Position numbers and translations under genes: made by a program | In this document: positions 16,870-25,195 of the stretch, one piece after another | How the letters are laid out: each line of letters starts with the position of its first letter | How positions within the stretch are numbered: the first letter of the stretch is position 1 | The notes under the pieces: model-generated | The model's database searches: none | The model's input: only the letters and a program-made list of their open reading frames with translations | Told to the model about the DNA's origin: nothing | IMG/VR virus record: IMGVR_UViG_3300008050_000019 | Direction: 5' to 3' (one strand) | Origin: a virus | DNA length: 49,320 nucleotides

Positions 16870-17220
16870 GTGTCTATTAAAGACATTGCATACTTAATAC
16901 CCAGCATAAAAGTGGGAATGAGCGATGGCAAGCCTCCTGGTCCTGGTGACGTCTTATTAGCGCTACCAGCGGCTGGGACCTCCTCCACGGAGGAGACTGG
17001 AGTCATCACCGGCTCTGCGCCCATCGAGTGTTATTACCTTTGTGCATGTCAAAAGTACGCTATAACGAAGATATCCACACTTGTCGCAGTTTATTTTTTC
17101 TCGCTTTTATATAAAGATGTTGGGCGAGCAATATATTGCAGTGAACCTAACTGTAATAAACATAATGTAACTGTAACTGGAATCCGATACGAAACGCGAG
17201 AGACAAAATGCTATTTATAG
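16870..17220 (+). CDS. cysteine-motif array paralog 14 (GTG start)
   Basis: GPGDVLLAL ... CAC ... YCSEPNC. Confidence 0.55.
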   Translation: MSIKDIAYLIPSIKVGMSDGKPPGPGDVLLALPAAGTSSTEETGVITGSAPIECYYLCACQKYAITKISTLVAVYFFSLLYKDVGRAIYCSEPNCNKHNVTVTGIRYETRETKCYL

Positions 17221-17531
17221 AACCACATGCAAAAGAGCTAACCGCACTTAATCCAGGTGACATAATATTTAAAGCTCCTGGAACTACCGATGTCGTTGGT
17301 GATATCGGGTTTGCAGTTATTGATAACATTAGGCCCGCGGTCAATGTTGGTTGCTTGTGCAATAGAGCTTGTAGAGGTATCATTAAGTTGGAAAAGGCAC
17401 TCACGGTAGTAACGTTTTTCTCTTTAAGCAATAATTGCTTAGACTGGTTCACGTATTGTACCAACCCTAACTGTAGTGAAGGTAGGGTCACTTACTGCGT
17501 GATAAAATACAAAAAGGGCGGGATAGAATGA
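17208..17531 (+). CDS. cysteine-motif array paralog 15
   Basis: NPGDIIFKAP ... CLC ... YCTNPNC. Confidence 0.6.
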   Translation: MLFIEPHAKELTALNPGDIIFKAPGTTDVVGDIGFAVIDNIRPAVNVGCLCNRACRGIIKLEKALTVVTFFSLSNNCLDWFTYCTNPNCSEGRVTYCVIKYKKGGIE

Positions 17532-17836
17532 GTCATACTGAATTAGATAGTGATATAGTGCCAACTATAGCCACACTCCTTCCTCATGTCGGCGACTTAC
17601 TCATTATTAACACACGGACTTACGTTGTTACCAATGACAAGTTTACCCTTGAAGATTACTACTTCTGCGAAGAACACTATAAAGAGCGCAAAAAGAGCAT
17701 TGTTATACTTGACACATTTTGCCTAGAAGAGAATTATTGCGCATACCTCATTTGCTGCATTGAACCTGGATGTAATTCTGCAGACAATGACGTGGCAATT
17801 GTAAAATATGAAAGGAGAAAGCAGGATGAGCTATAA
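17528..17836 (+). CDS. cysteine-motif array paralog 16
   Basis: HVGDLLIIN ... FCEEH ... CCIEPGC; ATGA overlap. Confidence 0.6.
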   Translation: MSHTELDSDIVPTIATLLPHVGDLLIINTRTYVVTNDKFTLEDYYFCEEHYKERKKSIVILDTFCLEENYCAYLICCIEPGCNSADNDVAIVKYERRKQDEL

Positions 17837-18149
17837 TATATACAAAGGAAAGCTCGTACGCGTGCATAAAGGTGTACAGCTAGGTGATCTTCTTATAGAG
17901 CGTGGTAACTATGAAGACAGTTCTATGCTGATGACGAATGTCATCGTCGGCCAGGAGACTGAGAGTCAACGCCTTTATTGCTCGTGTCTCTTACCACCCG
18001 AGCCCCATAAATCGACCATTCGCTGGATTCGTGCGTATAATGTCGAGGATGACTATAGCTTATATCATACTTTTTGCGCGAACCCAGAGTGCGTTGAAGC
18101 CGTCAGGTGTGATATCGACATAATCTATATGAGTAAAGACCATGAATAA
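17808..18149 (+). CDS. cysteine-motif array paralog 17
   Basis: QLGDLLIERG ... CSC ... FCANPEC. Confidence 0.6.
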   Translation: MKGESRMSYNIYKGKLVRVHKGVQLGDLLIERGNYEDSSMLMTNVIVGQETESQRLYCSCLLPPEPHKSTIRWIRAYNVEDDYSLYHTFCANPECVEAVRCDIDIIYMSKDHE

Positions 18150-18489
18150 AAGTAAGTGGAGGAAACAAATGACTGAAGCCTTATATTGGCCCGCTTTCGT
18201 GTCAAGTCAACCAGGAGGTCCGATGACCCCAGAACCTGGCGATTATTTTTATACAAAAGAACAAATTGGGCAGAACGAAACGTCAGGAATTGTCATTCAT
18301 GCTGAACTTAATTCTGAGAGATATTGTTCTTGCCAGCGTTGTTTACCGAAAAGGGTGTTCACTGTCTTCGACGTTGAACTTGCCTTCTTCCCTCCCGACT
18401 TTGCACGTCATCTGACATGGTGCACAAACACGCGATGCAACGTGTCATCTTATTGCCCCAACCTTGTCAAACTTGAACCTACAGAGTAA
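18142..18489 (+). CDS. cysteine-motif array paralog 18
   Basis: EPGDYFY ... CSCQRC ... WCTNTRC. Confidence 0.6.
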   Translation: MNKSKWRKQMTEALYWPAFVSSQPGGPMTPEPGDYFYTKEQIGQNETSGIVIHAELNSERYCSCQRCLPKRVFTVFDVELAFFPPDFARHLTWCTNTRCNVSSYCPNLVKLEPTE

Positions 18490-18919
18490 TCCTGCCTAGC
18501 TATCCACTTGTCACGCGCAACAGGGGCACCACCCTACGACGCCCAAAAAAACACTCGAGAAAAATTTGAGAAGTGCGACAAAATGGTCTTGTATGGGTGT
18601 GGTGGGCAATGGTTGGGAAAGTTTTGGGCAGCGGGGGACAAAATTTCTCTCGAAAATCTGGAAAAATCTCCCAGCAGAGAAGGGCGCTTAGGCCGCCCTA
18701 GGCAGCCCCACAGGCCGCCCACACACCTTGCTACGGGCCGGGGGGCCCCAGGCCCCCGTTATATAGGCCCCAAGGGGCCCCCAAGAGGGGCCAGGCCCCT
18801 ACGTGCAGAATGATGAGGGGTACTATGGGGCTCTCCAGAATGCCGACACGAGTGCTCCTGTGCACGCAGAATACAGGGAAGTCCCGGGCTCTGTACAGGT
18901 CTAAATAAAATAAAAAAAG

Positions 18920-19090
18920 CCTGTACAGTCTCTGATTTTCCACTGTCGAAAATAAGTGAATTTAGCTGTATCTATTTCCTCGAGCCTGTGTTACTATATT
19001 CTTACCAGGTCAGGAATGGCACTGGGAAAACGGAGTTTAAATAATTATAAAATAATCCTGTTCTTTGAACCGAGATTGTGTTATAATATT
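18920..19090 (+). repeat. ~170-bp direct repeat, copy 1 (promoter-bearing leader of GC-rich paralog 1)
   Basis: cctgtaca..ccactgtcgaaaa.aagtgaa...ctgtatctattt...taccaggtcaggaatggcactg..gagtttaaataattataaaataatcctgttcttt..gagatt.tgttataat recurs at 21470..21640. Confidence 0.7.
19077..19087 (+). promoter_or_regulatory. extended -10 promoter TGTGTTATAAT
   Basis: matches the window-wide consensus TGTGTTATAATATTCTTA; 56 nt upstream of ATG 19144. Confidence 0.55.
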
Positions 19091-19143
19091 CTTACCAACT
19101 GGGGAGCTTAAAACCTTCCCCCCAAACAGAAAGCAGAGTCACT

Positions 19144-19671
19144 ATGACCTTCAAATTTACCGTCGGACAAACCTACAACGTCATCGACGAGAAGGGAGCC
19201 CGCGTCAACAAGGCCGGTGTGGTCGCCATCTCCGAACGGGAGAACAAGGGTGTCCTTACTCCTGACATGGACCTTGAGTACATCGGGAAGGCCGCCAAGG
19301 ACACGCCCCAGGCCGGACACCACATGTTCAAATTGCCCGAGGGTGTTGAAATCCTGGGTGAGACCACGATCGCCGGAGTCCGAAACCACTTCGACTTCAA
19401 TGCGGCTTACGTTCAAGCCAAGAAAAATATCCCGACCAAGGGGACGCTGCAGGAGCGTGCCGACGAGGCCACTCGCCAAGCGGAAGCAGCCAGCGACCAT
19501 GCCGAGAAGCTGCAAAGGATTGCTGCAGACCTGAGGGTCGAAATCCTCTGCCTCCAAGCGGATGAGCAGAAGGCTGCGGAGGCTGCGGCTAAGACACAGG
19601 CCGAAATCGACGCCTCCTGGGATGAGGCTGAGGCACAAGCCTCAGGGTACACCACCAACGCCCCAGAGTAA
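19144..19671 (+). CDS. GC3-rich paralog family member 1 (175 aa, N-terminal conserved domain and Ala/Glu-rich C-terminus)
   Basis: GxTYNVI..KGA...PDMDL.Y.GK...HH.F.LPEGV..LG..TI.G..NHFD shared with 21873..22409 and 40570..41214; GC-rich codons in an AT-rich genome. Confidence 0.7.
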   Translation: MTFKFTVGQTYNVIDEKGARVNKAGVVAISERENKGVLTPDMDLEYIGKAAKDTPQAGHHMFKLPEGVEILGETTIAGVRNHFDFNAAYVQAKKNIPTKGTLQERADEATRQAEAASDHAEKLQRIAADLRVEILCLQADEQKAAEAAAKTQAEIDASWDEAEAQASGYTTNAPE

Positions 19672-19684
19672 TGGGCACTGGGAC

Positions 19685-19712
19685 GGGGGAGGGAAATCTC
19701 CCCCTTCTCTTT
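19685..19712 (+). terminator. intrinsic terminator
   Basis: 7-bp G/C stem GGGGGAG/CTCCCCC, loop GGAAAT, then TTCTCTTT, 14 nt after stop of 19144..19671. Confidence 0.6.
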
Positions 19713-19784
19713 ATGGTAATGAGGATTGACTTCTTTGCCATAAAGAGGATTGACACCCCTCTGTATTCTTCCCGACCATTCCCT

Positions 19785-20183
19785 ATGAAAGTGGGTATTC
19801 TCTTGTCGCAACTAAAATGTAACGCTGTATTCTCCTTCTCACCTGGTGGTTCTGTGCGTGCAGTCATCACCGGTGACAGGCCAGGTGAGCATTCCTTCAA
19901 ACCTGACCTTGATCGCTCTCTAAACGAGAACATCTACGATTTCCTGCATTCCCAAGGGAATGGTGAGGGTCTAGAATTTATCATTCAGGCAAGGCATTTC
20001 CTGACCTCTCCCAAGAACGCCGAGGGTAAGTTCCACTGGTCCACTCGTGATTCTGTGGGACACGAATCCATTGAGGTTTCCTATGTGGGTATCCCCAAGA
20101 ACGCTGGATTCTCCGATGTCGTTTCCGCGTTCTTTCCTGGCCTGGCTAAACGCCGGCAACCTCAGGCAGCTGCCTGTTCTTGA
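19785..20183 (+). CDS. hypothetical protein (start uncertain)
   Basis: ORF 19671..20183 overlaps a terminator; internal ATG at 19785 keeps frame (MKVGILLSQ...). Confidence 0.3.
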   Translation: MKVGILLSQLKCNAVFSFSPGGSVRAVITGDRPGEHSFKPDLDRSLNENIYDFLHSQGNGEGLEFIIQARHFLTSPKNAEGKFHWSTRDSVGHESIEVSYVGIPKNAGFSDVVSAFFPGLAKRRQPQAAACS

Positions 20184-20714
20184 TGGTTCGTGACATTCTG
20201 GTCAACCCGTCGTTCTTCATTCCTGATGCCTGCCTTTCTGCTGGACTATTCCTCATCCGGTACCCATTCCTGCTCACCAGTCTAGTCTAGCCTAGCATTC
20301 TTCAGGATTCCTGCCATTACCACGTTCCTCCATCAGGAATGCCCAGAGCCATGAGGCTCCTTTCTGGTCCTTCCGGATAGGAATGATGATGGATTCCACA
20401 TCCCGCCATAAATGAGCACCCGGGCATTCCTGTAACACTGGTCAAGAGCGCTTGTTCCTCATATTTCTAACCCTTTGTAGTCTCGCCTCTTTCTTGGCTT
20501 CGCGCCTTTTCCTGCGGGCATTCCTGGCTATGGCCTTTCTTGGCCAGCTCATAAATACAGAGAACGCTATGCAGATTCCCATCACGATTACGAAGACGGG
20601 ATCAAACATGCGAGTGTTCTGTGGTTGCGGTTGCGGTTGCTTCTTCCGCTCCCATCTGGTCCACCAGCAAAATCCTCAACCCAAGGCTTGGAGCTTCAAG
20701 CCCTCTTTCCTCAA

Positions 20715-21038
20715 TCACCTGTTATACACACCTTCAATTGGGTGTGGTGTGGGCTTGATGTCCCAACCTTGGCGTGGCTCTACGGTGAGGTCAGCCCCTT
20801 GAAGTGGGATGACACGCCATCTCGTTCGGGAGTTACGTAGCGTATCAAACGAATCAAGAAACATTTCTAGCGCTGCTTCCGGCGTTTCTGCTGCGTACAC
20901 GCCCTTAAACATGTGGCCGTAGCTTGCCTTACAGATCTTCTCAGGGTCGGCATCTAAAGCGACCTGGAGTATCATCCAAAGAGGCAGCCACGATCCGGCC
21001 CTGGATGTATGAATATGAATTCCCTGCTTACTTGTCAT
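20715..21038 (-). CDS. hypothetical protein, leaderless start
   Basis: TGTGATATAATATTCCT immediately precedes ATG on minus strand; 3' end runs into motif-dense GC region. Confidence 0.4.
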   Translation of the reverse strand: MTSKQGIHIHTSRAGSWLPLWMILQVALDADPEKICKASYGHMFKGVYAAETPEAALEMFLDSFDTLRNSRTRWRVIPLQGADLTVEPRQGWDIKPTPHPIEGVYNR

Positions 21039-21085
21039 AGGAATATTATATCACAGGTGATTGAGGAAAGATACAACTAAGTGAT

Positions 21086-21391
21086 TTATTGTTTATCCCT
21101 TGGTAGAGATCTTCCAGGTCCCGAGGTAAATGACCTCGGTTTGTACGTTTCTGTGCCTGGCCGGAGTGGGATGCTGCCTTCACTTTTCACTTCCCAATCA
21201 TCGCCCATGATCTCAGCCACCGTGGCGTCAGTGCCCGCTATCCACTCCTGTCTGGTGAACGTAAGATTGTGCGCAGCCCTAGAAAGAAGAACTCCATCCC
21301 ACTTCAAGTTTGAAGCGAATGTGTTCGCTGGTGCCGCGAGGTTCACGTAGACTGGGTGCTCCCGTGTTGCAGGGATGTCGGTCAACTTCAT
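21086..21391 (-). CDS. hypothetical protein, leaderless start
   Basis: TGTGATATAATATTCTT-ATG on minus strand; upstream conserved GTATCTTTCCTCAATCAC box shared with 20715..21038. Confidence 0.45.
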   Translation of the reverse strand: MKLTDIPATREHPVYVNLAAPANTFASNLKWDGVLLSRAAHNLTFTRQEWIAGTDATVAEIMGDDWEVKSEGSIPLRPGTETYKPRSFTSGPGRSLPRDKQ

Positions 21392-21469
21392 AAGAATATT
21401 ATATCACAAGTGATTGAGGAAAGATACCATTAAGTTCATTATGATTTATTTTCAATTAGCAGAGAAAAA

Positions 21470-21640
21470 CCTGTACAAGGCACGAAATTCCACTGTCGAA
21501 AAAGAGTGAAAATAACTGTATCTATTTTTCTGAGCCTATGATACCATATTCATACCAGGTCAGGAATGGCACTGAGTAAATACTGAGTTTAAATAATTAT
21601 AAAATAATCCTGTTCTTTTGAATGAGATTATGTTATAATT
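21470..21640 (+). repeat. ~170-bp direct repeat, copy 2 (leader of GC-rich paralog 2)
   Basis: see 18920..19090. Confidence 0.7.
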
Positions 21641-21810
21641 GAAAGGACGGAGGAGATAGAAACGGTACGGAAATAAAAATTAATATATAAATAAAAAAAC
21701 CTTTTAAAATAACCGAGTTTATGTTATAATAATCTTACGGAAACGGAGCAAAAACAAAAAACTTAAATATTAAATATAAATAAAACAAACCTTTTCTCGG
21801 TACCGAAACC

Positions 21811-21820
21811 GTGTTATAAT
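21811..21820 (+). promoter_or_regulatory. promoter GTGTTATAAT (last of four stacked promoter-like boxes 21530..21830)
   Basis: boxes ATGATACCATATTC, ATGTTATAATTG, ATGTTATAATAATC, GTGTTATAATAATC in tandem before ATG 21873. Confidence 0.5.
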
Positions 21821-21872
21821 AATCTAACAACGGGGACCTAATAAATCCTCCCTAACACAAAGGCAAATACAT

Positions 21873-22409
21873 ATGGCTATCTCACTCATCGTCGGCAACA
21901 CCTACAACGTCATTGGGGCGAAAGGGGCGTTTACCAACGCGCAGATTATGGTGGCGATTTCCGAGAACAAGCAGGTCGGCCTTGTCACCCCTGACATGGA
22001 CCTGAAATACCTCGGGAAGCTTGCGGGCGGCAAGAGCGGCGGGAAGCATCACACCTTCCAACTCCCCGAGGGAGTAACCGTGCTGGGCAGCAACACCATC
22101 GTGGGACACCCGAACCACTTCGATGTGGCAGCAGGGTACAACGCGAACAAGGTTGGGGCGACCAAAGGGACCCTCGCCGAGCAAATCGCCACGGCATCCC
22201 GCAATGTAGCGGAAGCCCAGGCTCACCTGGCACGAGCCCAAGGCCGCATGGCAGAACTGGAGCAGAAACGAGTCGAGACCGAAGCGGGCATCGAAAAGGC
22301 AGCCGCCGAAAAGGCGAAAGCCGGGCCCTGCACCGTCTTCACCCCCGAGGAGATCGCTGGGTGGGAGCAAATGGAAGCTGAGCGAAAGGCCGCCGCTTCC
22401 GCTGAGTAA
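21873..22409 (+). CDS. GC3-rich paralog family member 2 (178 aa)
   Basis: conserved N-terminal domain shared with 19144..19671; Ala/Glu/Lys-rich C-terminus. Confidence 0.7.
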   Translation: MAISLIVGNTYNVIGAKGAFTNAQIMVAISENKQVGLVTPDMDLKYLGKLAGGKSGGKHHTFQLPEGVTVLGSNTIVGHPNHFDVAAGYNANKVGATKGTLAEQIATASRNVAEAQAHLARAQGRMAELEQKRVETEAGIEKAAAEKAKAGPCTVFTPEEIAGWEQMEAERKAAASAE

Positions 22410-22421
22410 TCAATAACCTCC

Positions 22422-22455
22422 GGGGAGGGCTCACGCCCTCCCCACTTTCTCTGTG
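22422..22455 (+). terminator. intrinsic terminator
   Basis: 9-bp stem GGGGAGGGC/GCCCTCCCC, loop TCAC, then ACTTTCTCT. Confidence 0.6.
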
Positions 22456-22653
22456 TTCTTAATGAGTATTCTTGCGCTGACCCTGGTATATCCTTGGTCA
22501 TGGAGTTCCGCCCATTAAGAACACAGAGAGGGTCTCTGGGTTCCCCCCTTTGATTCTTCGTGACCATTCCATGGTTACATACCCATGATAGTTCTCGTTA
22601 TTCTGGTTAAGAGCCAGTGTTCTCTGTGACTGTCCTACCACCATTCCTTAGGA

Positions 22654-23148
22654 GTGTTCTCTGTGATTAACTGCGAAGCTGTATTCTCCCTAATTCCCAC
22701 GCCGGGTGTTTCTGGCCCTGGGAATTCTGTCAAGATGGTTGTTCTTAATGGGCGTTCTGAAGAAAGGATCTGGCCCACTGCGTTCCTGCCTGGTGTTTCT
22801 TTGGCTGAGATGGCTGACAACATTCTTCGGACCATTCTTCCGACCAAGACCCAGGATATCCTGGTTGAGGAAACTATCATCCTTCCTGACGGGACTGTTA
22901 CAGTATTCTTCAGTCTCACCAATCCAGATGAGCCCATTCTCCTGACGGAGCCCTATGTTCCGGTTGACGACCAGGATATTCTGCATGTGGTTCCCTTCGT
23001 TCCGAATTCTTCAGAACTGGCGTCTATTCTCTCTTCACTGGAGAATGCCAGGTATGATATTCCGGACAATTCCGCATTCTCAAAGAATGGTCCCGTCGTC
23101 ATGGTTCCTTGGGAACCAATGATTTGTGTCCAGCGTCCCCGGAAATAG
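22654..23148 (+). CDS. hypothetical protein (164 aa) in GC-rich island
   Basis: six-frame ORF; preceded by GTGTTCTCTGTGA direct repeats. Confidence 0.4.
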   Translation: MFSVINCEAVFSLIPTPGVSGPGNSVKMVVLNGRSEERIWPTAFLPGVSLAEMADNILRTILPTKTQDILVEETIILPDGTVTVFFSLTNPDEPILLTEPYVPVDDQDILHVVPFVPNSSELASILSSLENARYDIPDNSAFSKNGPVVMVPWEPMICVQRPRK

Positions 23149-23322
23149 CATGATCACTCAGCTAAAAACTTTTTTCATAAATCCCCTTGTGCTGGCTTTG
23201 CTGGTCATCTTTCCGGCTAGCCTGTACGGGGGTAAGGGAGTTTATTTCTTGCTTAGCCTTCTGTAGCCCAGCATTCCCTCTCTAATAATGTTGTAATATT
23301 TTTGTATCTTTCGGGGTATGGC

Positions 23323-23333
23323 TGTATTACAAT
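23323..23333 (+). promoter_or_regulatory. promoter core TGTATTACAAT of the conserved intergenic module
   Basis: module TCTCTTTCTAATAATGTTGTAATATTCTTGTATC...GTATTACAATATTTTTAGGAATTGG occurs before at least 9 genes. Confidence 0.5.
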
Positions 23334-23357
23334 ATTCTTGAGGATGGAAACAACAAC

Positions 23358-23813
23358 ATGATTTATGGAACTGATGATTGCGCAACCCCTCCCGAAACGC
23401 TGACCGGCCGGATTCAAGTCCAGGTCGAGTTCCGCAATGGCAAATGGCTGATCTCCATCGCTGATGAGGACTGTATTAAAAAGCAGTATGAGTCTGACCA
23501 CATGCCGAAACTTACTGATCTCAGACCAACAAGGCCTCCCTCGAAGTCCAGTGCAGTGCTTGAATCGACGAAGACTCCCTCGGATCTTGAAGGGATGAGG
23601 GAATTCGTCATTGAATTCCAGCCGCCGGTTGGAAACATCACACATCTCAAATGCGTCGAGGGAGATGCTGCAGGCTACGGGTGGCACGTCAAGATTGATG
23701 AAGAATGGATTAACGGATACATAGTCGACCGAACCCACCTTAAAGAAGTCTGGGACGTCGCCGGAGCATTCTTCGAAAAGATGGGTGTCTACAACACTCC
23801 CGCTTTAGACTGA
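23358..23813 (+). CDS. hypothetical protein (151 aa)
   Basis: module promoter plus GAGGATGG SD before ATG. Confidence 0.55.
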   Translation: MIYGTDDCATPPETLTGRIQVQVEFRNGKWLISIADEDCIKKQYESDHMPKLTDLRPTRPPSKSSAVLESTKTPSDLEGMREFVIEFQPPVGNITHLKCVEGDAAGYGWHVKIDEEWINGYIVDRTHLKEVWDVAGAFFEKMGVYNTPALD

Positions 23814-23814
23814 C

Positions 23815-23862
23815 TCCCCATTCTCCTCGTTCTCCCCACCCTCCTCGTTCTCCCCACCCTCC
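23815..23862 (+). repeat. tandem 21-nt repeat (2.3 copies) CCTCCTCGTTCTCCCCACCCT
   Basis: direct tandem copies immediately after stop of 23358..23813. Confidence 0.6.
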
Positions 23863-23942
23863 TCATTCTCTTCATGATATAATATCGTAATTTTTCTGTA
23901 TTCTCTGTGATATGATCGTATTATAATATTTTTAGGAAAAAA

Positions 23943-24284
23943 ATGGAAACCGAATTTGAATACCCTGACTGGGAAAAAATTAGGGCTAAACACCCAAACA
24001 TGATCATCGGATCAACTTTTTATCATGGCTGTGGTGAATTTATCGCTTCCATCAACGGTCAGCGCTTTTGGAAGGGAGGGGTAGAAGAGGGCGACGGCAA
24101 CACATTGGTTGAAAAAGCGATATCAACGTACGATATGGTTCAGCGGAGAATGGAAGCTGCTGGAGTCACACATTGCCTCGTTGATGAAGAAGATCCCAGC
24201 ATGGAACTTCGCCCCATCCAAAAATTCTTCGATGAAGATCGAGAGCGCGCCGCAGATGTCTATTACGACATCTGCGACTACTGA
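23943..24284 (+). CDS. hypothetical protein (113 aa)
   Basis: module promoter then ATG. Confidence 0.55.
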   Translation: METEFEYPDWEKIRAKHPNMIIGSTFYHGCGEFIASINGQRFWKGGVEEGDGNTLVEKAISTYDMVQRRMEAAGVTHCLVDEEDPSMELRPIQKFFDEDRERAADVYYDICDY

Positions 24285-24356
24285 TTTCTCTTTCTAATAA
24301 TGTTGTAATACTCTTGTGTCCTCAGGGATATGATTGTATTACAATATTTTTAGGAA

Positions 24357-24371
24357 TTGGGAATTTCCCAA
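24357..24371 (+). promoter_or_regulatory. operator-like palindrome TTGGGAATTTCCCAA at or just after predicted transcription start
   Basis: perfect 7-bp arms; related palindromes in the same module position at 26491, 27895, 28255, 40510. Confidence 0.5.
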
Positions 24372-24393
24372 CATCCAAACAAGGAGCAAAATT

Positions 24394-25122
24394 ATGGGCG
24401 CAGGATCTAGAGGTCGTCAAGCGGGCGACGCAGACGAGTTGGATGAATCAATCACAACGGCATACGCTGATGGTGATGGGACGATGCAGTCAGTTCTTGA
24501 AGCGCTAAGCGTTTTCGACATTCACCATAATCTCTCAATCCTCCGTGGTTATCTTGATGTCGTCCCCCTGACCGGCATGTCCATTGCGGAGAGTAGAGAG
24601 ATCGAAGAGCTTGTGGATGACCTGATGGATAGCCTCAAGTGCTTTCTCGAAACTGGAGAATACTATCCAGGCGCTCGTGCAAACCGGGCCGACCAGTTGC
24701 GCGAAGAAGCTGATTTTCAAGCAGAAAAACTTTGGGACGAGACCATCGCGCAAGTTGAGGTTCTTGCTGAGGGTGAAATAGAGCTTGAACAGCCAAAACC
24801 AACAACCATCTTCGTTCTCACATACGACGTTGTAGGCGAGGACGAGCTTCTAGGCTTCTTCAGCACAAGGGCTCTGGCTTGGAAGTTCGCCGAGGATTGT
24901 GCACAAGAAGATTGGGAATCGGAGCAGGAATATGGCACTGACGAAACTTTCGAAGAGTTTATGATCGATTGGAGACGTGCAGTCGTTCATGAGTGTGCTT
25001 TGGATCAATGCTTCAAGCCGTATAAATCCGGAGATCCGGACCGCAACCTCAGCCTCCGCCTTCGTGATCAAGACTGGGGCAACGCCAAAGAGACCACATA
25101 CGAGAGCTTTAAAAACAGCTAG
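24394..25122 (+). CDS. hypothetical acidic protein (242 aa)
   Basis: AAGGAG SD 8 nt before ATG; ORF-track N-extension is translated promoter. Confidence 0.6.
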   Translation: MGAGSRGRQAGDADELDESITTAYADGDGTMQSVLEALSVFDIHHNLSILRGYLDVVPLTGMSIAESREIEELVDDLMDSLKCFLETGEYYPGARANRADQLREEADFQAEKLWDETIAQVEVLAEGEIELEQPKPTTIFVLTYDVVGEDELLGFFSTRALAWKFAEDCAQEDWESEQEYGTDETFEEFMIDWRRAVVHECALDQCFKPYKSGDPDRNLSLRLRDQDWGNAKETTYESFKNS

Positions 25123-25195
25123 CCTGCCATTCTCTTTCTAATAATGTTGTAATATTCTTGTATCTTCCGAGAATATTCGTGATATAATATTATTA

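Noticed and set aside
18508-18943. ORFs 18508..18813(+), 18534..18722(-), 18731..18943(-)
   Set aside because: They lie in G/C-palindromic low-complexity DNA. Products are Pro/Gly/Arg-rich with no start context. More likely non-coding structured or repeat DNA.
19065-19933. Many overlapping ORFs on both strands across gene 19144..19671 (19108..19638-, 19173..19400-, 19217..19534+, 19413..19811-, 19589..19933-)
   Set aside because: Artefacts of high GC (few stop codons). Only the frame with the conserved paralog domain and a promoter or terminator is supported.
20620-20645. (GGTTGC)x3 microsatellite and ORF 20452..20802
   Set aside because: Short simple repeat producing a CGCGCGC peptide in a dubious ORF. 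Noted but not considered functional.
21882-22986. Antisense or alternative-frame ORFs over 21873..22409 and 22654..23148 (21882..22370-, 21985..22233-, 22223..22567-, 22635..22937-, 22690..22986-, 22706..22945+)
   Set aside because: Same GC-driven artefact. No promoter or RBS. They overlap terminators and repeats.
23253-23738. ORF 23253..23738 on the minus strand
   Set aside because: The plus-strand gene 23358..23813 has the conserved promoter module and an SD. The antisense ORF has neither.
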